Below the pieces are notes generated by a model. It was not told the DNA's origin. It did not search any database and was given only the letters and a program-made list of their open reading frames with translations. A stretch of DNA of 64,000 bases from Nemertoderma westbladi (lineage: Eukaryota; Animalia; Xenacoelomorpha), in NCBI GenBank assembly GCA_032718475.1, contig JAUCBJ010001846.1, positions 1 through 64,000 on the forward strand, in the 5' to 3' direction. The translations under genes and the position numbers were made by a program. Positions 39,740-50,490 of the stretch are shown piece after piece (position 1 is the stretch's first letter; each line of letters begins with the position of its first letter).

Positions 39740-41307
39740 ATGCCCCAAATTGACATACCGCCCTTTATTAAAAATATGAGACATAGGATTGTTGCTTATA
39801 TTCTTAATTGCTCCCAAGAGGCAGCGAAAAATATTCTCAACAATGGTGGTGAAATTTCACAAGCAAGGACACAAATACTCCAACAATTGATTATAATTTG
39901 TAAACACCTTCGAATGCAAAGCATTGATCAAGATCATCTTGATTTCTTATGACTCCATCATCTTGCTAATATGTTTGTAAATGGTTAACACCTTTTTAAT
40001 ACTCGGCACCAACAAACGGGCGGAAAAATTGAGCGCTACCCAAGCCAATGTCCAATCGTTACCATCATCAATCAAATCGCTGCTAAAATTTACCCACTGT
40101 TTCTGATTAAAACAACCGATCAATTTAGCTATTTTCATAATGCCCGAAACATCATCGAGGCTGCCACGCACTCGCTACCTGAGCACAAACTTTTGTGTTC
40201 AGCATTAATGAAAGACCGTGTCATTTCATCTATTTTTGATCAACTTGGTGATGACGAAACGAATACTAGCGGGTCATTTTTGGCATCTACAGGTCAGGGC
40301 GGCAGCATACAACTTGCCACTTTCCCTTCAACGCTTATTGGCAATTCATTTGAATTGATAAGAATGAGAAATAAACTGAGCCTAAAAGCATTTGTCAGTG
40401 CAGCACAATACACTGTCAGCACCCTCAAACAATGTATAAAGGGGATGTGGTCAATGTTCCTGTATTTTTAGGGTTCAATAATATTTCTCTTGATAAAGCG
40501 GGAGAGATTGAAACCGACTGGGGTGTTCTTTTCTCCATAACCGAAGACATATCAGAACTAACACCAAACAAAAATTCCAAAATACAGATTAATAATGAAG
40601 AATATAATAATGGATTCGTACTAAAATCCACCTACCCCTACAAAGTAAATTTTGGAAAGAACAGCCATGCAGATAAGCGGCCAAAAGAATTAGATCAAGC
40701 AAGGACTAAACTTAACGAAATAATTGAAAATGTTGGATTATCATTTTCATTAGCCATCCAAAGAACATCGCCTGTTGGGATCTCAAACACATGGACGATG
40801 ATATTTGACCCACTAAGCCATGGAACCAATATCGCCTTTAAAATGAATACACGCTCACCTACCAAATTCCATATCTTAAAAGATAGAGAAGAAAAAGATG
40901 AACTGGCCAAAGGGAGCCACTTGATCAACATCACAATTGCTTTGCACCGCATACTCTCTGCCATCAATCAAAGAAACAACCCCATCGACGGTTTTATTGA
41001 TACGATCATCAGTTGGGAAAACCTATTTGGTGGGAAAGCTGAGCTTGGCTTTAGAATTTCTGTCTCAATCGCCAAATTACTTGGTGAAAATGAACAGGAA
41101 AGACAAACGCTACAAAAAACTGTTAGCAATTACCACAACATCAGAAGTAGATTATTACATGGTGGGAAAGAACCAACGCCAGAAGACGCAACAAAATACA
41201 AAGATGAATGCTTCAATATTACCCTGCGAGTAATCCGAAAACTTTACCAAGAAAAAGCTGAGTTCATCCAAAATACTAACAGATCCAAAACATTAGCACT
41301 TATGTAA
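39740..41307 (+). pseudogene. ApeA-like HEPN domain protein, disrupted
   Basis: ORFs 39740 and 40193 share a frame separated by TGA 39950 and TAA 39986; frameshift near 40438 joins the 40432 ORF; C-terminal SWENLFG...FRIS...RSRLLHG. Confidence 0.75.
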
Positions 41308-41472
41308 GGTACTTAATCAATAAAGGCGAGTCAACACACCAAAAACCAACGATTAAAACACCCAACTAAGTCAGTTTAGCTTGCCTGTAAATTAAGTAGA
41401 ACATCAAAAAGCTTGCTACTACAAACGCTAATTAGCATCTCCTGTCGTCAAAATTTAACGCATTATTAACAT

Positions 41473-41561
41473 CGGAGAGACAGGGATTCGAACCCTGGAT
41501 GGGGTTAAACCCCCATACTCCCTTAGCAGGGGAGCGCTTTCAGCCACTCAGCCATCTCTCC
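41473..41561 (-). tRNA. tRNA-Ser(GCU)
   Basis: GGAGAGATGGCTGAGTGGCTGAAAGCGCTCCCCT-GCT-AAGGGAG, long variable arm, GGTTCGAATCC, TCTCTCCG; CCA not encoded. Confidence 0.97.
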
Positions 41562-41566
41562 TAAAT

Positions 41567-42040
41567 TTAAGGGTAAACCTTTAACACCTTTAATATCTGC
41601 TCACCCCCTGGGGTTTGCACACCAAAAGTGTCGCCAATACTTTTACCAATCAATGATTTACCTAAAGGTGACAAGTAAGAAATTCTACCTTCCTCAATAT
41701 CACTTTCAGCTTCACTCACCACCTGATACTTAAGCTGCTGTTGGTTATCACAATTTTCAAGCTCGGCTGTCATGCCAAACAAAATTTTACCATTTTGGGG
41801 TAGTTGATGCGGGTCTATCACCTCAGATATCGCAATTTTTTGCTCCAACTCACGAATTCTACCTTCAATAAAACCCTGCTGCTCGCGGGCTGAATGATAT
41901 TCTGCATTTTCTTTTAAATCGCCATGCGCGCGTGCTTCAGAAATGGCGCTGATAACTTTTGGGCGCTCCTGAGTTTTAAGCGTTTCAAGCTCAAGTTTCA
42001 TAGCCTCATAACCTGATTTGGTGATTAAATATCTTTCCAT
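41567..42040 (-). CDS. greA: Transcription elongation factor GreA
   Basis: ARAHGDLKENAEYHSARE; ISYLSPLGKSLIGK. Confidence 0.97.
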   Translation of the reverse strand: MERYLITKSGYEAMKLELETLKTQERPKVISAISEARAHGDLKENAEYHSAREQQGFIEGRIRELEQKIAISEVIDPHQLPQNGKILFGMTAELENCDNQQQLKYQVVSEAESDIEEGRISYLSPLGKSLIGKSIGDTFGVQTPGGEQILKVLKVYP

Positions 42041-42091
42041 AACAACGCCCCTGGAACAAATTTCTTTCTTGCAGTCAAAATCGTTAGTTTA

Positions 42092-42892
42092 TCATTTTGC
42101 AGATAAGGCGTCACCCAAACCATACAACCCTGGAGTGGCTTGATTAACTAACCAACTGCCGGCAAATAAAGCGCCACGTGCAAATAACAAGCGATCAGTT
42201 GCTTGATGACTCAAGCAAATTTTCTCCCCTTCACCCAAAAATAATATTGCATGCTCACCCACCACATCGCCCCCTCGAATGGCTGAAAAACCAATCGTTT
42301 TAGGCTGCCTAATACAATCTGACCCTGAGCGACCGTACACCGATGATTGATCCATATCAAGCCCTGTTGCACGAGCAATTGACTCCCCTAACAAAAGGGC
42401 TGTGCCAGAAGGCGCATCGCGCTTAGCGCGGTGATGGGTTTCAACAATTTCAATATCGAACGAATCAAGTAGCATCGGTGCTGCCTTTTTAAGCAACTGG
42501 CTCAACACATTAATGCCCACACTCATATTGGCTGAATACAAAATAGGAATATGCTTAGCCGCTTCCTGAATTGCTTGAAACTGATCAGACGAAAAACCGG
42601 TGGTACCAACCACTATGGGAATTTGATGTTCAACGCACCACGGCAAATACGCCAGCGTCCCCTCAGGCAGGGTAAAATCAATTAACACATCTGATTGCTT
42701 ATCTATTTTTTCTAAAACAGGGGCTGCTGGTAATTGATGCTGTTTGATTAATTGATCAACCTCACCCAACTGACTAGGTTTTACTAACAACCCCCCTACA
42801 ACATATTGTTTAGGGGATTGTTCAATACACTCAATAACCGAGCGCCCCATTCGCCCCAACACACCACTGACCAACACATTAACTGGTTTCAT
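42092..42892 (-). CDS. dapB: 4-hydroxy-tetrahydrodipicolinate reductase
   Basis: GVLGRMG; GTTG; ETHHRAKRDAPSGTA. Confidence 0.97.
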   Translation of the reverse strand: MKPVNVLVSGVLGRMGRSVIECIEQSPKQYVVGGLLVKPSQLGEVDQLIKQHQLPAAPVLEKIDKQSDVLIDFTLPEGTLAYLPWCVEHQIPIVVGTTGFSSDQFQAIQEAAKHIPILYSANMSVGINVLSQLLKKAAPMLLDSFDIEIVETHHRAKRDAPSGTALLLGESIARATGLDMDQSSVYGRSGSDCIRQPKTIGFSAIRGGDVVGEHAILFLGEGEKICLSHQATDRLLFARGALFAGSWLVNQATPGLYGLGDALSAK

Positions 42893-42922
42893 TTTACACA
42901 ACGCCTTACCAAATAGTTGAAC

Positions 42923-42931
42923 TGTTATAAT
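42923..42931 (+). promoter_or_regulatory. Extended -10 element upstream of pepA
   Basis: TGTTATAAT about 30 bp before the ATG. Confidence 0.5.
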
Positions 42932-42963
42932 AACACCCTCAAATTCATAAATAAGAAACCGTT

Positions 42964-44409
42964 ATGATCCAATACCACATCAATGACAAGCAGTTTTTAA
43001 GCAAAACGCAACTGATCCCCATATTCAAAGACCCAGTCTCAGTTGAAAAACTACTCCAACAACACGCCCCTAACAATCAACAAATCGCTGATGACTTTAA
43101 AGGGGATGATGCCCAAATACTGCCTCTTTACCACAATGAAACATGCACCGTGCTGATCGGTTTAGGGAAAGTCAATCAAAAACATGTGGTAGGTAAACTT
43201 GGGCAGATAATCAGTGGTGTACTTGAACCACTTAAAAAATACACTGCTTCAATTAACCTAAACTATCTCAGCACAACACACCACACTATTGATAGGTTAG
43301 TCACACAAATCATCATCGGGCTTGCCCAAAAAAATAGTGAAAAACAAAGCAGCCATAAGTCCTCAGACAAACCTCCATTGATGCAATCAATCAATCTACA
43401 AATTGATAATACTGATATTGAAAAAAGTGTTCAAAAAGCCCAAGCCATTGCCACAGGCATTATGCGTGCCGCACACCTTGGTAACATGCCTGCCAGTGAC
43501 TGCTACCCTGAATCACTTGCCAAACAGGCCAAGCAACTCACCCAAGATGAGCCAACAATTACTTGCAACATACTCGATGAAAATAGGCTCAAAGAAGAGC
43601 GCATGGCAGCCATTTTAGCCGTGGGCAAAGGCTCAGCCAGAGCGCCTCGATTAATTGAATTAGTTTATAAGCCTAGCAGTGCTACCAATGAGCAACCCAT
43701 CGCTTTGGTAGGCAAGGGCGTCACCTTTGATTCAGGCGGGCTTTCAATTAAACCTGCTTCTAAAATGGATGAAATGAAATTTGACATGTCAGGCGCAGGC
43801 GCTGTAATAGGAACGATTGAAGCGATTGCCAAACTAAAACTGCCCATTTATGTGGTGGGGATCATCCCCAGTGCGGAAAACATGACAGGCGCCAATGCTT
43901 ATCGACCAGGGGATGTTATTACTACACGCTCTGGCCAAACCGTTGAGGTGCTCAACACTGATGCCGAAGGGCGACTCATTTTATGCGACGCGATCACCTA
44001 TGTGAAAGATAATTTTAATCCCCAACAAATCATTGACTTGGCCACTTTAACAGGGGCTGTCATTGTGGCATTGGGCAAACATTACACGGGACTTATGAGT
44101 AATCACGAGATGCTTGCTAAACAATTAATAGAATGTGCTGACAAAACGCTTGATTACGTGTGGCAATTACCCATTGATGAGTTGTTTTCATCACTCATTA
44201 AAAGTGACATCGCCGACATCGCCAACATCAATACCCAACAACCGGGTAGTGCAGGTACAATTACCGCAGCCTGTTTTTTAGAAAAATTTGTGGGTAAAAC
44301 CCCGTGGGCACATTTAGATATTGCAGGGACGGCTTGGTCAGGCCAAAAATTCTCTACAGGTCGCCCTGTGGCGCTGTTGGTTGAATATTTAGCAAAGTTA
44401 GCGAAATAA
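42964..44409 (+). CDS. pepA: Leucyl aminopeptidase (M17)
   Basis: GKGVTFDSGG; MKFDMSG; NTDAEGRL; HLDIAG. Confidence 0.95.
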   Translation: MIQYHINDKQFLSKTQLIPIFKDPVSVEKLLQQHAPNNQQIADDFKGDDAQILPLYHNETCTVLIGLGKVNQKHVVGKLGQIISGVLEPLKKYTASINLNYLSTTHHTIDRLVTQIIIGLAQKNSEKQSSHKSSDKPPLMQSINLQIDNTDIEKSVQKAQAIATGIMRAAHLGNMPASDCYPESLAKQAKQLTQDEPTITCNILDENRLKEERMAAILAVGKGSARAPRLIELVYKPSSATNEQPIALVGKGVTFDSGGLSIKPASKMDEMKFDMSGAGAVIGTIEAIAKLKLPIYVVGIIPSAENMTGANAYRPGDVITTRSGQTVEVLNTDAEGRLILCDAITYVKDNFNPQQIIDLATLTGAVIVALGKHYTGLMSNHEMLAKQLIECADKTLDYVWQLPIDELFSSLIKSDIADIANINTQQPGSAGTITAACFLEKFVGKTPWAHLDIAGTAWSGQKFSTGRPVALLVEYLAKLAK

Positions 44410-45075
44410 ACGGTCTTGTCTTTTGTGAGTGGCTTTAAACAATAAAAAGCCCACAATCAAGCCCAAAAGTAAGGTGAGCCCGCCGAGTATGAACCAAATT
44501 TGCTCGCTACTTTCTTGATTCACCTCATTTTTTTGCTTAAGTAACTCAATCTCATTTTTGGCCAAAACCAGCTCATTAGCCAACTGCTGGCTTTGGTACT
44601 CAATTTGAATGTTTTTTTCATAGGTTTTTTGAATAAATTCAATTTCTGACTTAATTTTATTATTTTCCTTGGTCAGTTGTTTATTAGCCTGCTTGGCTTC
44701 ATCAATGGTTTTGTTAGTGCTATTTAACAATGCCTCAAGCGCTCGATGCTCTGCCTCCAAGGTCAGTAGTGCTTTTTTTAACTCTGTTACTTGGTTAGTA
44801 TCGTTGCGAGATTGGTCGGTTAAATAGGTCGATACAATCCAGCCAACAACCTCACCAAAACGAACTTTTGACCACCCATCCTCGTTACTTGATAACAAAT
44901 CTAACCGATCCCCCACCACCACAAATTGAAGCACCTTAGAAGTTGTGTTTTTTTCAGACCGTATGGGAATGCGAATTTGATCCGTAATGTAGGCTAGCTC
45001 CTCCCCCCAAACAGCGGTAGTGCTCAATAACAAGCACAACACCCCCACCAAATGCACACCCAATGCTTTCATCAA
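44398..45075 (-). CDS. SH3-domain, coiled-coil, C-terminal TM protein (YgiM-like)
   Basis: Signal peptide; YITDQIRIPIRS...GWSKVR...GWI; coiled coil; WFILGG TM. Confidence 0.85.
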   Translation of the reverse strand: MMKALGVHLVGVLCLLLSTTAVWGEELAYITDQIRIPIRSEKNTTSKVLQFVVVGDRLDLLSSNEDGWSKVRFGEVVGWIVSTYLTDQSRNDTNQVTELKKALLTLEAEHRALEALLNSTNKTIDEAKQANKQLTKENNKIKSEIEFIQKTYEKNIQIEYQSQQLANELVLAKNEIELLKQKNEVNQESSEQIWFILGGLTLLLGLIVGFLLFKATHKRQDRLFR

Positions 45076-47834
45076 CCAATCGCCTGCAAACGCTTTTGTT
45101 GCTCAACAAGAACACTTAGTTCATGTTGCACATTTTTATACAACGTATTTTCACGCTCAATCACAGTTTGAGCGGCGCGTTGTTTGAACTGATCATTATT
45201 GATTTTTTTAGCCTGACCCACCAAGTATTTTTCCTTTTGGTTGATCAACTGCTCTATCTTTAACAAACGTTTGCTCACATCCACCCCCGCTTCTAGCAAA
45301 ACAAAACCAAAACTTGCCGCTACCCACACGCCAGTTGATCGGTCTGTTTGAATGCGCTCAATTTTCGCCAAGCGTTTGATCGCCAATTGGGCATGATCGT
45401 CCAAATTGTTATCATTAAGGCACACCGCTTTCAACGGCTGGTGGGGCAAAATACCTAAATCTGTTCGAAACTGACGGGTCGTTTTCACAACACTTTGAAC
45501 CGTTTTAATTTGTCTAGCACCAATTTCTGACAACACCCATTTTTGATTCAGTTGAGGATAATCACAATGCACCAAGAAATCGTCATGCTGTTTTGAAAAT
45601 GGTTTAAGCGATTGCCAAATAGACTCGGTTAAAAAGGGGGTGACAGGGTGCATGAGTCGCAAAATGGTTTCAAGCACCTCCAATAAAACACGATGACTGT
45701 TGGCTATTTTCTCTACCTGCTGTTGAGCCCCAATCTTAAAGGCCTCTAAGTACCAATCGCAAAACTCATGCCAGATAAAATCGTACAAAAGAGCTGCCAA
45801 CTGATCAAAACGATAAACCGCTAAATAGTGGTGCGACCTTTCTATCACCTCATTTAAACGAGCGAGTACCCATTGATCAAATACCCCAAGTGTTTCAAAT
45901 TCAATAGAAGGTGAAATAACTTGCCCTTCAAACTGCAAATGGCAAAACCGCGCGGCATTCCAAATTTTGTTACAAAAATTACGATACCCCCGTATTTCAT
46001 TCACATTAAAACTAATATCTCGCCCACCCCCTGCCTCGGCCATTAAGCTAAAACGCAAGGCATCCGCCCCAAACCCTTCAATTCCCTTTGGGTAGTCCGT
46101 TTTAGTTGTTTTTTCAATGGTTTTTTTTAGATGAGGTTGCATCAAACCCTGGGTACGTTTTTGCACTAAACTATCCAAATCAATGCCATCAATCAAATCA
46201 ATCGGGTCAATCACGTTACCCTTACTTTTGGACATTTTCTGCCCACGGTGATCACGAATAAGCCCGGTGATATACACCTGTTTAAAAGGAACATCTTGAC
46301 AAAAATACACCCCCATCATTACCATGCGTGCCACCCAAAAAAAGATAATATCAAAGCCTGTCACCAACACGCTTGTGGGGTAAAAGGTTTGAAGCGCTTG
46401 TGTATTTTTTGGCCAACCAAGCGTTGAAAAAGGCCAAAGGGCAGATGAAAACCAAGTATCTAGCACATCCTCATCTTGTTTAAGGGAAACATGCTTGGTG
46501 GTTTGATGATGTTGTTGCGCTTGTATTTGAGCACTTTTTTCATCAGCTGCTACAAACACATTGCCTGTTTCGTCATACCAAGCAGGCACCCGATGCCCCC
46601 ACCAAATTTGGCGACTAATGCACCAATCATCAATCGATTCCATCCACTGAAAATAGGTTTTTTCCCACTGGGTGGGGATAAACTCAATTTGTTTATTTTT
46701 AACCACCTTAATGGCTTTTTCAGCCAACGGTTTTGTTCGCACAAACCATTGATCGGTTAGCATGGGCTCAATCACGGTGTTGCTTCTATCCCCATAAGGG
46801 CGTTTGAGTGTGTGGGGCAATACCTCACCTAATAAATTTTGTTTGTCTAAATCCGCCACAATTTTTTCACGTGCCGCCAGGCGGTCTTGCCCTCGGTAGG
46901 TGGCAGACATACGCTCATTAAAAGTGCCATCAAGGCTTAAAATATTAACTGGCTCAAAGCCATGGCGTTTGCCGACTTGATGGTCGTTAAAATCATGCGC
47001 GGGGGTGATTTTAAGGCAGCCCGTTCCAAAACTTGGATCAACATAATCATCGGCCACAACAGGGATTAGCCGATCCGTTAGGGGCAGTTTTACAAATTGC
47101 CCAACAAGGGATGAAAAACGCACATCTTCTGGGTGCACTGCAACAGCTACATCCCCAAATAAGGTTTCAGGCCGCGTGGTGGCCACCACTAAATAATCGC
47201 CCACACTTGGGTGGGGTGTTTGAAGGCGATAATGAATATGATAAAGTTTGCCTTGCTCCTCTTTATTAACCACTTCTAAATCAGAGATAGCGCTTTGAAA
47301 TTTAATATCCCAATTAACCAGTCGTTTTCCGCGATAAATTAAGCCATCTTCATATAATTTTAAAAAAGCGGTTTGGGTGGCATTCGATAACCCCTCATCC
47401 ATGGTAAAGCGCTCTTGTTTCCAAGCAAGGCTGTTACCAAGGCACCTCATTTGTTGGGTGATGTGCCCGCCGGATTGCACCTTCCACTGCCATACTTTTT
47501 CAACAAAATGTTTGCGCCCTATGTCATGGCGATTTTGGCCTTGTGCTTCTAATTGCCGTTCCACCACCATTTGTGTGGCAATGCCCGCGTGGTCAGTCCC
47601 CGGTTGCCACAACACCTTGCGGCCACACATTTTGTGGTAGCGCGTCAGCACATCCATTAAGGTGTGTTGAAAAGCATGCCCCATGTGTAGGCTGCCGGTA
47701 ATGTTCGGCGGTGGCAACATAATGCAATAGGGAGCTTTTGAATCATCGGATGAATCCAACTCAAAACAGCCTGCTTGCTCCCACAACGAATAGTAGGTTT
47801 GTTCAATTTGTTGGGGGTTATAAACTTTATCCAT
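45072..47834 (-). CDS. valS: Valine--tRNA ligase
   Basis: PPNITGSLHMGH; KMSKS; DWCISRQ. Confidence 0.98.
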   Translation of the reverse strand: MDKVYNPQQIEQTYYSLWEQAGCFELDSSDDSKAPYCIMLPPPNITGSLHMGHAFQHTLMDVLTRYHKMCGRKVLWQPGTDHAGIATQMVVERQLEAQGQNRHDIGRKHFVEKVWQWKVQSGGHITQQMRCLGNSLAWKQERFTMDEGLSNATQTAFLKLYEDGLIYRGKRLVNWDIKFQSAISDLEVVNKEEQGKLYHIHYRLQTPHPSVGDYLVVATTRPETLFGDVAVAVHPEDVRFSSLVGQFVKLPLTDRLIPVVADDYVDPSFGTGCLKITPAHDFNDHQVGKRHGFEPVNILSLDGTFNERMSATYRGQDRLAAREKIVADLDKQNLLGEVLPHTLKRPYGDRSNTVIEPMLTDQWFVRTKPLAEKAIKVVKNKQIEFIPTQWEKTYFQWMESIDDWCISRQIWWGHRVPAWYDETGNVFVAADEKSAQIQAQQHHQTTKHVSLKQDEDVLDTWFSSALWPFSTLGWPKNTQALQTFYPTSVLVTGFDIIFFWVARMVMMGVYFCQDVPFKQVYITGLIRDHRGQKMSKSKGNVIDPIDLIDGIDLDSLVQKRTQGLMQPHLKKTIEKTTKTDYPKGIEGFGADALRFSLMAEAGGGRDISFNVNEIRGYRNFCNKIWNAARFCHLQFEGQVISPSIEFETLGVFDQWVLARLNEVIERSHHYLAVYRFDQLAALLYDFIWHEFCDWYLEAFKIGAQQQVEKIANSHRVLLEVLETILRLMHPVTPFLTESIWQSLKPFSKQHDDFLVHCDYPQLNQKWVLSEIGARQIKTVQSVVKTTRQFRTDLGILPHQPLKAVCLNDNNLDDHAQLAIKRLAKIERIQTDRSTGVWVAASFGFVLLEAGVDVSKRLLKIEQLINQKEKYLVGQAKKINNDQFKQRAAQTVIERENTLYKNVQHELSVLVEQQKRLQAIG

Positions 47835-48042
47835 GGCATATTTAGGTGGGTGTTAACTCTTAAATACTAACAAAAAGTGTTGTGTGGATGGGTATTATTT
47901 GTAGCGTGATTAGATAGCGATTGAATATTTAAGTGAGAGATATCATCCAAACAATACTCAATTACAATTGATTATGATGTAGGTATTTTGGATGTATTAA
48001 AAAAATTTAAATTCATTACAATGACATAGCCAAAGGAGAAAA

Positions 48043-49139
48043 ATGACAAAAAAATTTAATCAAAAACAAAGTGATCTAACTGAAAAGAAAATTTTGTTTT
48101 ATGAAACCTATATCACAGGGTACTTGGCTAAGGTTTTAATGGGCTTTGGTCAATGTATAATTGCTGATTTGTTTTGCGGGTCTGGTAAAAATGGTGATCA
48201 AGATGGCAGCGCTTTGGTTTTGATTAAAAAAATACAATATCTTTTAACAACGAAACAATCCTGAACAAACGCCCTACAATAACAATCATTTTTAATGATG
48301 TAGAGCAATCCAATACTGATACGCTGAAGCAAAAAATCAGTGAAATCAACTTCAGCAATTTAATGACTGTTGAAATACATAATAAAAAGTTTGAAGAACT
48401 TCTGCCATTATTGCTTCAAATAAAAAAGCCTGCTTTTTTCTTTTTGGATCCATTTACTTATTCAATTATTAATATGGAACACTTAAAGCAGTTGATGAAT
48501 CTTGATCAATCTGAAGTATTTTTATTTATCCCCATATTTCATAGTTATCGATTCGCCAAGAAAAATTACCAAAAACATCACAAAACTAGGCAATTTATTG
48601 AAACTTTTACATCAAAAGGGATGGGTAATTACCAAGACATTACTGAATTTTTGAAATCTGTTCGGGATCAACTAAAATCAGCACTTAAATTGCAGTACGT
48701 TCGCCCCGTTTTGCTAGATGATGGAAGGTGCAAAAATGCCATTGCACTTTTAACAAAACATCAAAAAGGCATGCTACTGATGAATAAAATTGTGCTTAAA
48801 AATACACAAGATGGTATTACATGTAATATTGGTAATGAAGATCAGTTAAGTCTTTTTTCTATTAACGTAACGCCTGAATTTCAAGAATTTGAAAATAACT
48901 TAAAGGGTTTTTTACAAAAAAAATCTAACATAACCACCAATCGCACAATCGTTCATTGGACAATTGAACAAGGATTTTTACCTAAACATGCTCAAACAGC
49001 ATTAAAAAAATTAACTAAATCCATCACCGTCAAAGAATTAAACGGTGATACCATCACCAATACACCAACAAAATGGAATATTGCCGAAGCAATTAAGAAA
49101 ATAACCAACTTTACCTATGGCGACAACCACACAAATTGA
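48043..49139 (+). pseudogene. tcmP: Three-Cys-motif partner protein (TcmP-like, SAM-binding), split by a 1-bp frameshift
   Basis: DLFCGSG...DGSAL; FFFLDPF; SEVFL; adding one A at 48246 joins the 48043 and 48363 ORFs (LLNNETILNKRPTITIIFNDVE). Confidence 0.82.
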
Positions 49140-49851
49140 ATGGACGCAGCACACTTGGAACCCCACAACAGGCTGCACCAAAGTATCCGCAGGGTGTAAA
49201 AACTGTTACGCTGAGACAATGGCAAAACGCCTAAAGGCCATGGGGGCAAACGGCTACCAAAATGGTTTTGAGTTAAGCCTCCTACCCGAACGCCTCACCC
49301 AACCCATCAAGCGAAAAAAACCTACCACCTACTTCGTAAATTCCATGAGCGATCTGTTTCACGAAAATATCCCATTTCATTTCCTAGATCAAGTTTTTCA
49401 AACCATTTCGCTTACCCCACAACACCAGTATCAGATACTAACCAAAAGAGAACATCAACTTAAAACCTACTTTGACACAAGAGCGTGCCCAAAAAACGTA
49501 TGGCTGGGCGTCTCTGTCGAAAACATCAAAGACGGGCTTCCTAGAATTGATGCATTAAGAAGCATTGATGCTCACATCCGCTTCTTATCCATTGAGCCAC
49601 TTTTAGAAGACTTAGGTCAAATTGACCTAACCAACATACACTGGGCGATTGTGGGGGGCGAGAGCGGCAAGAAAGCGCGACCTATGAAACAGGCTTGGGC
49701 GAAGAACATCAAACGTCAGTGCCATGAGAAAAATGTTGCATTTTTCTTCAAGCAATGGGGCAGTTGGGGTGCGGATGGCGTCAAACGCACCAAGCATAAG
49801 AATGGTAGAAGATTTTTAGGAAAAACATGGGATGAATTTCCTGTTTTTTGA
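49117..49851 (+). CDS. DUF5131 / phage Gp37-Gp68 family radical-SAM-like protein
   Basis: IEWT..TWNPTTGCTKVSAGCKNCYA; VNSMSDLFH; FLSIEPLL; VGGESG; FFKQWG. Confidence 0.93.
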   Translation: MATTTQIEWTQHTWNPTTGCTKVSAGCKNCYAETMAKRLKAMGANGYQNGFELSLLPERLTQPIKRKKPTTYFVNSMSDLFHENIPFHFLDQVFQTISLTPQHQYQILTKREHQLKTYFDTRACPKNVWLGVSVENIKDGLPRIDALRSIDAHIRFLSIEPLLEDLGQIDLTNIHWAIVGGESGKKARPMKQAWAKNIKRQCHEKNVAFFFKQWGSWGADGVKRTKHKNGRRFLGKTWDEFPVF

Positions 49852-49974
49852 GGGGTATTGAACATAACCAAAGCACACAAAAGGTTTATCCACCCTATCT
49901 TTCCAACTCACGATAAAAATCTCATGCCAACAAATAGATCACGGTCTTCACTAGATAAAAGACTGAAAAACAAT

Positions 49975-49983
49975 TGATATAAT
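49975..49983 (+). promoter_or_regulatory. Extended -10 element upstream of folA
   Basis: TGATATAAT 27 bp before the ATG. Confidence 0.5.
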
Positions 49984-50010
49984 AGGCCTACTCAATCTTG
50001 GTAAAGATAT

Positions 50011-50490
50011 ATGCACTCCATCATCGCGGCTTTTAGCCAAAATTACGTCATGGGAAAGGCAGGCAAAATGCCTTGGCACCTGCCCACAGACTTAAAACGC
50101 TTTAAGGCTATCACTTGGGGCAAGCCCATTGTGATGGGCCGAAAAACCTTTGAGTCGATTGGCAAACCCCTACCCAATCGTCAAAATGTGGTGGTGACAC
50201 GAAACAGCCACTTTAAAGCCACAGGCGTTGTGGTGTACAACAGTATTGATGATGCCCTAAACGCCTACGCTCACCACCCAGAAACCGTCATTATTGGCGG
50301 CGGGCAATTGTATGAACAAATGATGAACCGATGCCACAAACTCTACATCAGTGTGATTCAACAAAAAATGAGTGGGGACACCTACTTTCCCCCCCTTGAT
50401 TATTCAAAATGGGCTGTGCTTGAAAAAGCCCTTATTTTGAGCGACCATCTGCCCTACACCACACTGACCTTGGTTCGCAAAAACCCTTGA
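50011..50490 (+). CDS. folA: Dihydrofolate reductase
   Basis: MPWHLPTDLKRFK; MGRKTFESIGKPLPNR; IIGGG; GDTYFP. Confidence 0.97.
   Translation: MHSIIAAFSQNYVMGKAGKMPWHLPTDLKRFKAITWGKPIVMGRKTFESIGKPLPNRQNVVVTRNSHFKATGVVVYNSIDDALNAYAHHPETVIIGGGQLYEQMMNRCHKLYISVIQQKMSGDTYFPPLDYSKWAVLEKALILSDHLPYTTLTLVRKNP

Noticed and set aside
28600-41470. Island bounded by a tRNA-Ser direct repeat
   Set aside because: No duplicated tRNA-Ser 3' end or integrase found by eye
48238-48264. Programmed frameshift in tcmP
   Set aside because: No in-frame X XXY YYZ slippery heptamer; a simple deletion is more likely
49857-49885. attgaacataa resembling a XerD arm
   Set aside because: No partner arm
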